49,051 nucleotides of DNA, from IMG/VR virus record IMGVR_UViG_3300032282_001533, positions 1 to 49,051 of that record, one strand, 5' to 3'. Both the position numbers and the translations under genes were made by a program. This document shows positions 43,949 through 49,051 of this stretch, in pieces (position 1 is the stretch's first letter; every line of letters begins with the position of its first letter). Under the pieces are notes generated by a model that saw only the letters and a program-made list of their open reading frames with translations, was not told the origin of the DNA and ran no database searches. The DNA comes from a virus.

Positions 43949-44428
43949 ATGTGGTTTCTTTTGTCATTTGTTCCTAATTGGTTTGTTGAATACTTTGTTC
44001 ATATTATTTTTGGATTGGGTTTTTCTGGTTTAATAACTGGAATATTTTTAAGTAAGATTCCATTTATTAGTCAGTATGGATTTTTAATTAAAACCGTTTC
44101 TACTGTATTACTTGTTATTGGTATTTTCTTAGAAGGTGGATTAACAACCGAAATGTCATATCGTGCCAAAATTGCTGATATGGAAGCAAAAGTAAAGATT
44201 GCTGAAGAACAATCAAAAAAAGAAAATCTTAAATTAGAAAAAAAGTTGAATGAAAATGTTGAATTTATTAAAAAGAAATCCGATGAAAATAAACAAGCAA
44301 TTGAATCAAATCGCTCTAGTATTAATGCTGAGTGTAAGCTTTCTGATACTGCCTGGATGCTCTACAACCGTAGCAGTCAAAATGCCATGGCCGGAAGTAC
44401 CAGCAAATCTAATGGAACCAGTAAGTGA
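43949..44428 (+). CDS. Putative inner-membrane spanin (Rz-like), TM segments plus coiled coil
   Basis: KTVSTVLLVIGIFLEG, then RAKIADMEAKVKIAEEQSKKENLKLEKKLNENVEF. Confidence 0.55.
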   Translation: MWFLLSFVPNWFVEYFVHIIFGLGFSGLITGIFLSKIPFISQYGFLIKTVSTVLLVIGIFLEGGLTTEMSYRAKIADMEAKVKIAEEQSKKENLKLEKKLNENVEFIKKKSDENKQAIESNRSSINAECKLSDTAWMLYNRSSQNAMAGSTSKSNGTSK

Positions 44429-44582
44429 TTTAAAGCCTTTACCAGAAGATAAGAAAACTTTAACCGATTTGTTAGAAAACGCCAACGACAACTATAGTAG
44501 TTATTATACATTAAAAGAAAAGTATAATAGTTGGATAGAGTGGTATAAGATGCAGAAAACAATATATGAAGGTGTAAAATGA
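44283..44582 (+). CDS. Putative outer-membrane spanin lipoprotein (Rz1-like), out-of-frame overlap with 43949-44428
   Basis: MKINKQLNQIALVLMLSVSFLILPGCSTT; lipobox ILPGC. Confidence 0.65.
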   Translation: MKINKQLNQIALVLMLSVSFLILPGCSTTVAVKMPWPEVPANLMEPVSDLKPLPEDKKTLTDLLENANDNYSSYYTLKEKYNSWIEWYKMQKTIYEGVK

Positions 44583-44959
44583 AGAGAATTCTTATTGCGT
44601 TATTTGCACTACAACTATCGGGATGTGCTTTGTGGGATATCTACAACTTATCGAGTTATGACACAAATGAATATGCTTTGGTTAATAAGATAAGAACAAT
44701 TGCTCAAACATCCAAAGTGTGTGACGAAACAACAGTTAAGAACTTATATCTGACAACTGTAGAATTGAATAACTTTAGTCAATATGTAAAAGGTAACAAT
44801 TCTTCAAATATTAAGATGAATGAAGGTTTACTTAAAATTGTAACCGAACTATATGATAGAGAGCCACCAGTTCCATCGGCCTATTGTAAAGCAAAACTAA
44901 ATATAATTGGTATTTCAGCAGAAAGAATCCAACAAGTTACAGGAAGCAAGCAAAAATGA
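44579..44959 (+). CDS. Small lipoprotein
   Basis: MKRILIALFALQLSGCALWD; lipobox LSGC. Confidence 0.75.
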   Translation: MKRILIALFALQLSGCALWDIYNLSSYDTNEYALVNKIRTIAQTSKVCDETTVKNLYLTTVELNNFSQYVKGNNSSNIKMNEGLLKIVTELYDREPPVPSAYCKAKLNIIGISAERIQQVTGSKQK

Positions 44960-45168
44960 CACAATTTCAAGAATTAGCAAATTTAGCAAGTTCATACAAA
45001 CAACAGTATGAAACAGGTCAATTATCGGCCAAAGATTTTAAAGAGTTAATTGAAGATTTAAATATTGCAGACCACATTCAAAGTGAAGCTGCACAGTTGG
45101 AACAGGATCAATACTATCAATTAGTTTTGATAAATGCTTTAGATTTAGCCGCTTCATTACCAGTTTAA
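44956..45168 (+). CDS. Hypothetical protein, 70 aa
   Basis: ATGA-coupled ORF. Confidence 0.65.
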   Translation: MTQFQELANLASSYKQQYETGQLSAKDFKELIEDLNIADHIQSEAAQLEQDQYYQLVLINALDLAASLPV

Positions 45169-45178
45169 GGAGATTTAA

Positions 45179-45295
45179 ATGACAGATATTCTATTTTGGG
45201 CAGCAGTTGGTGCTTTTATTGGTTGGAATTTTCCACAGCCATTTTGGGCAAAAGCAATTCAAGCAAAAGTTCTAAGCATGATTTCCAAAAAGTAA
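45179..45295 (+). CDS. 38-aa single-TM protein
   Basis: MTDILFWAAVGAFIGWNFPQPFWAKAIQAKVLSMISKK; AAGGAG before ATG. Confidence 0.65.
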   Translation: MTDILFWAAVGAFIGWNFPQPFWAKAIQAKVLSMISKK

Positions 45296-45299
45296 TTCA

Positions 45300-45923
45300 A
45301 TGGAACTAACTAAAGAACAATTAAAGCAATTATTACCAAAGAACCCATACCTTGATAACTGGTATGGGGCTCTTTCTCAATTGTTGCCAGATTATGAGAT
45401 TAATACACCTCAACGTATTGCGGCTTTTATAGCTCAATGTGCTCACGAATCTGGTGAGTTTACCGCACTCAAGGAAAACTTAAACTACAGAGCACCTACA
45501 CTCCGTAAGATATTCCCAAAGTATTTCCCTACAGATGAACTTGCCAATCAATACGCTAGTCTTCCAAACAAACAGGAAGCGATTGCTAACAAGGTCTACG
45601 CTAATCGTATGGGTAATGGCGATGAAGCGTCTGGTGATGGTTTCCGTTACTGTGGTCGTGGTCTAATACAGTTAACAGGTAAAGACAACTACACATGGTT
45701 TGCCGCTTCTATTGGTATTACACCAGATGAAGCATCTGAATATCTACAAACATTTGAAGGTGCAGCTCAATCTGCTTGTTGGTTCTGGGAAACAAACAAC
45801 CTAAACCAATGGGCTGACAAAGGCGACATCTTAACATTAACCAAGCGTATCAATGGTGGTACCATTGGACTTGAAGATAGAATTAAACATTATGAACACG
45901 CACTCCATGTATTAGGAGTTTAG
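45300..45923 (+). CDS. Endolysin, GH19 chitinase-like lysozyme
   Basis: RIAAFIAQCAHESGEFTALKENLNY, GDGFRYCGRGLIQLTGKDNY. Confidence 0.93.
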   Translation: MELTKEQLKQLLPKNPYLDNWYGALSQLLPDYEINTPQRIAAFIAQCAHESGEFTALKENLNYRAPTLRKIFPKYFPTDELANQYASLPNKQEAIANKVYANRMGNGDEASGDGFRYCGRGLIQLTGKDNYTWFAASIGITPDEASEYLQTFEGAAQSACWFWETNNLNQWADKGDILTLTKRINGGTIGLEDRIKHYEHALHVLGV

Positions 45924-45924
45924 T

Positions 45925-46197
45925 ATGAACGATAAAAAATTAGCTAAGTTTCTAATTATTTTATTATTACTTCCTTTGTCGTTGGCATATTTTAGTGAAG
46001 AAAGTTTTCGTTATCCTTGCCAAGACCCAGCAAATTGGGATAAAGATATGTGCAAGTTGCCATACTGTGATGTAACAAGAACTTGTCCTCAACATATCTT
46101 TAAAGGTCAAAATGACCCGAGGTTGGGGCCAGGAGGAGATAAATCTCTTGCACAAAATACACCAATAAAGCCAATAACTGGAGCAAATTGTAAATGA
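45925..46197 (+). CDS. Small exported Cys-rich protein
   Basis: Signal-like LAKFLIILLLLPLSLAYF followed by a 6-Cys tail. Confidence 0.65.
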   Translation: MNDKKLAKFLIILLLLPLSLAYFSEESFRYPCQDPANWDKDMCKLPYCDVTRTCPQHIFKGQNDPRLGPGGDKSLAQNTPIKPITGANCK

Positions 46198-46700
46198 ACT
46201 TGAATATTTTTAATAAAGAAGAAAAGAAACCAGAAGATAACTTCATGTATACCGAAGAGCAGTTAATGGCTCGACTGAAGTTTTTTATTGGTATCTGTTT
46301 AGCACTTACTTTGTTTGGTATTGTATTCGTTGTATTATACTCATTGATTTTTGTAACACAACCACTCAATGCCATTTCACCAATCGACCAGAAATTCTTT
46401 GAGTTGATTATTCCAATTGCTACATTCTTGACTGGTACATTGTCCGGCATTATGTTGGCTGGTGGTGATAAAGATGCTCAGAAGATGGCGTTACAAGCTG
46501 CAACAAGACCAACAACAGTATCACCTGCACCAACAACACCCAGCACGCCAAGTTTTGGTTCTGCACCATCATTTGGTTCTGTACCATTGGGTGGCAACTC
46601 TATGAGTTTTGCACCACCGCCTGCACCATTTACGCCAGGTGTTGTAATGAGTTCAACAGGCAAACCAATGCCTATTCAACCACCACAGCCTGAGTTATAA
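46194..46700 (+). CDS. Membrane protein, two TM segments and Pro/Ala-rich tail
   Basis: FFIGICLALTLFGIVFVVLYSLIFV; IIPIATFLTGTLSGIMLAGG. Confidence 0.65.
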   Translation: MNLNIFNKEEKKPEDNFMYTEEQLMARLKFFIGICLALTLFGIVFVVLYSLIFVTQPLNAISPIDQKFFELIIPIATFLTGTLSGIMLAGGDKDAQKMALQAATRPTTVSPAPTTPSTPSFGSAPSFGSVPLGGNSMSFAPPPAPFTPGVVMSSTGKPMPIQPPQPEL

Positions 46701-46701
46701 T

Positions 46702-46917
46702 ATGTGGTTAACTAGTATGTTATCGGACGGAACTAATAATTCTATCAGCAGCAAAAGAGTTATAACTTTTCTTGCTTTCTTGCTTTGTGGTATGGCTTTT
46801 TGTGTAGACCTATTTACACCGTTAACTGTAACTCAATCACTATTCGATTCAATGATGTATATTGTAATTGCAGGCCTAGGTTTTACTGCATCTGAAAAAT
46901 TTGCCAAAAAGGAATAA
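46702..46917 (+). CDS. Small two-TM protein, holin candidate
   Basis: VITFLAFLLCGMAFCVDLF..MMYIVIAGLGFTASEKFAKKE; near the endolysin. Confidence 0.5.
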   Translation: MWLTSMLSDGTNNSISSKRVITFLAFLLCGMAFCVDLFTPLTVTQSLFDSMMYIVIAGLGFTASEKFAKKE

Positions 46918-46919
46918 AA

Positions 46920-47102
46920 ATGAAAAAGTTTTTAATTGCACTAAATTTTGTTATTTGCTCTATTGTTAGTTACCAAGTTGCTTATGCAGCCGAAACCGAA
47001 AAAGTTTGTGTTAAAAATGCACAAGGTAAAGAAACCTGCAAAACCATCAAGGTACATAAAAAACTAGAAGGTACTAAAGTACCAGAACCAACAAAGAAAT
47101 AA
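46920..47102 (+). CDS. Small secreted protein
   Basis: MKKFLIALNFVICSIVSYQVAYAAETEKVCVKNAQGKETCKTIK. Confidence 0.7.
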   Translation: MKKFLIALNFVICSIVSYQVAYAAETEKVCVKNAQGKETCKTIKVHKKLEGTKVPEPTKK

Positions 47103-47105
47103 TAA

Positions 47106-47534
47106 ATGTCCACACCAGAACAAGAATATACAGACCTAAAAGTGGATGTTGGTGTTTTAAAGACACAAGTATTTACTTTATCTCAATTATGTGAGAAAAT
47201 GGATAAAGTCATAGAAAAACTTGTGGATGTTCACGACCAACATATTAATAAGGTATATGAAACGATGGACGATCAAAGAAAAGAAAAAGATTCCGATGTT
47301 GCAGAAGTCCATGATAGAGTCGATATGGTTTTGGATAAACTAATCGAAACAGAAAAACGAATTATGGAAGAATTCCAAGGACTGAAAAAAGCTTTGAATG
47401 AACATAGTGCCGTTTCTAAGTCCCAATTTGATAGAATTAATCAATGGAAGTGGACACTTGCCGGTGGTATTATTGTGATTACATGGTTGATTTCTAGAAT
47501 AGGATTTGATACACTACTAAAAGTAATACATTAA
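47106..47534 (+). CDS. Coiled-coil protein with C-terminal TM segment
   Basis: WTLAGGIIVITWLISRIGFD at C-terminus. Confidence 0.65.
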   Translation: MSTPEQEYTDLKVDVGVLKTQVFTLSQLCEKMDKVIEKLVDVHDQHINKVYETMDDQRKEKDSDVAEVHDRVDMVLDKLIETEKRIMEEFQGLKKALNEHSAVSKSQFDRINQWKWTLAGGIIVITWLISRIGFDTLLKVIH

Positions 47535-47561
47535 TCATTAACATTAAGTGGCATTTATATC

Positions 47562-48575
47562 ATGAGCGTCTTTATTGACAGGAATTTCCTGTTACAAGTT
47601 TCACCAAAATTACAGAGGTTCTCCAAGAAAAAGGACGACCTCTATAATTTTCGTTGCCCTCTCTGTGGCGATTCACAAAAAAATAAAACAAAAAGTCGTG
47701 GATATGTTTTTCGCAAGAAGAATGATTATTTCTATATGTGCCATAATTGTGGTGTATCCACAACTTTTTATAATTTCTTGAAACAAGTTGATCCTAATTT
47801 AGTTCAAGAATATCAACTCGAAAGATATAAAAATGGAGAAACTGGAAACAACAACTACCCCAAGCCAGATTTTGAGGAGTATAAAGTCGAGAAACCAACC
47901 TTCAAGAAAGCCTTGGAACTTCCTTCAATTGACTCGTTACCAGAGGCGCATTTTGCTAAAAGCTATGTTCAGCAAAGAAGGATTCCGGAGGCCTTTTACT
48001 CGCAACTATACTTTGCGGAAGATTTTGCAGCCTTCATACAAAGTCTTGGGATTGAGAAAGAGGGTCTTTATAAAGACGACAAACGACTTGTCATCCCGTT
48101 CTATAATGCAGAGAAAGAGCTCGTGGCTGTGCAAGGTCGCTCGTTGGGTGAATCGAAACTCAGGTACATCACATTAAAGCTCCATGATGATAACAAGAAG
48201 GTCTTTGGAATAGATAGGATCAACGAGGAGGAGATGATATATGTAGTCGAAGGTCCTATTGACAGCCTATTCTTAAACAATGCCGTGGCGACTGCTGATT
48301 CAAATCTAGAATCGATTACTTCCATATATGATAAATCCAAAGTAGTTTTGGTGTTTGATAATGAACCTCGCAACAAAGAAATAGTTATGAAGATTGACAA
48401 TGCTATAGAAAATCATTATAATGTAGTCATCTGGCCAGAAATGATTGAATCTAAAGACATTAATGATATGGTGCTTGATGGGTTCTCACCTGACGAAATC
48501 CAAGACATTATAAGTAAACATACATTCGTTAATCTGAGAGCAAAAGCAGAGTTTGTAAACTGGAAAAAGATTTAA
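47562..48575 (+). CDS. 61: gp61-like DNA primase
   Basis: FRCPLCGDSQKNKTKSRGYVFRKKNDYFYMCHNCG zinc finger; YVVEGPIDSLF and VLVFDNEPRNKE Toprim. Confidence 0.92.
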   Translation: MSVFIDRNFLLQVSPKLQRFSKKKDDLYNFRCPLCGDSQKNKTKSRGYVFRKKNDYFYMCHNCGVSTTFYNFLKQVDPNLVQEYQLERYKNGETGNNNYPKPDFEEYKVEKPTFKKALELPSIDSLPEAHFAKSYVQQRRIPEAFYSQLYFAEDFAAFIQSLGIEKEGLYKDDKRLVIPFYNAEKELVAVQGRSLGESKLRYITLKLHDDNKKVFGIDRINEEEMIYVVEGPIDSLFLNNAVATADSNLESITSIYDKSKVVLVFDNEPRNKEIVMKIDNAIENHYNVVIWPEMIESKDINDMVLDGFSPDEIQDIISKHTFVNLRAKAEFVNWKKI

Positions 48576-48614
48576 AAATAGTTGTAAATATAATAAAAAG
48601 AAAGCGAAAAAAGA

Positions 48615-49051
48615 ATGACTGAATACTTGGGCATCAAAATAGATTTAGAGCGAGATAAACTTTTTGACGAACTAGGAATTAAAAGATTACAAGAATCATA
48701 CATGAAAGAAGATGAAGTATCACCACAACACAGATTTGCATTTGTATCAAAATCATTTGGAAGTAACCAAGAACATGCACAAAGACTATACGAATACAGC
48801 AGTAAACATTGGCTCAGTTATTCTACTCCCATTCTCTCTTTTGGTCGTAGTAAGCGTGGCATGCCTATATCATGTTTCCTTAATTATATTGAAGATACTG
48901 CGGAGGGACTAGTTGATAACCTTTCTGAAACTAATTGGCTTTCTATGCTCGGCGGTGGCGTTGGTATTGGCTTTGGTATTCGTTCAGCAGACGATAAATC
49001 TACTGGTGTCATGCCTCACCTCAAAATCTATGACGCAAGTTCTCTCGCATA
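48615..49051 (+). CDS. nrdA: Ribonucleoside-diphosphate reductase large subunit, N-terminal part (runs off right edge)
   Basis: STPILSFGRSKRGMPISCFLNYIEDTAEGLVDNLSETNWLSMLGGGVGIGFG. Confidence 0.88.
   Translation, partial: MTEYLGIKIDLERDKLFDELGIKRLQESYMKEDEVSPQHRFAFVSKSFGSNQEHAQRLYEYSSKHWLSYSTPILSFGRSKRGMPISCFLNYIEDTAEGLVDNLSETNWLSMLGGGVGIGFGIRSADDKSTGVMPHLKIYDASSLA

Noticed and set aside
44306-44562. Two minus-strand ORFs across the spanin region
   Set aside because: Antisense to a better-supported overlapping Rz/Rz1-like pair; no ribosome site.
1-49051. CRISPR arrays, retron, IS element or integrase
   Set aside because: No regularly spaced direct repeats, reverse transcriptase, transposase or integrase motifs seen; the region reads as a lytic myovirus.

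Overview
The window is a low-GC stretch of a lytic T4-like myovirus genome, almost entirely + strand, and reads as a marine-type T4 superfamily phage. Gene order, left to right: UvsW helicase (cut by the left edge), late sigma gp55, gp47/gp46 recombination nuclease, heme oxygenase, peptide deformylase, clamp gp45, clamp loader gp44/gp62, RegA, Hsp20, dCMP deaminase, SprT-like protease, J-domain protein, four tRNAs plus one tRNA-like element, GroES, DNA polymerase gp43, UvsX and gp41 helicase. These are followed by a sugar/glycosyltransferase island (28.5-35.3 kb), a late virion/lysis region (35.4-47.5 kb), primase gp61 and the start of ribonucleotide reductase (cut by the right edge). Main observations: (1) six late proteins begin with the same roughly 10-residue leader (MK[ST]F..FL.E), which resembles the T4 capsid-targeting sequence removed by prohead protease after (L/I)xE. 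Three of these are consecutive predicted enzymes: a ligase-like nucleotidyltransferase, a PD-(D/E)XK-like protein, and a nucleotidylyltransferase fused to a P-loop kinase. They are candidates for a set of enzymes packaged and injected with the DNA. (2) Two divergent DruA/DUF4338-like proteins sit in the replication module. (3) A CCA-terminated tRNA-like structure lies directly behind a strong promoter. (4) A terminator hairpin has the -35 box of the next promoter as its loop. (5) There is an overprinted P/T/K-rich ORF inside the nucleotidylyltransferase-kinase gene. (6) One protein carries a duplicated module and another carries EF-hand-like loops. All family calls come from recalled motifs and gene order; no searches were run.
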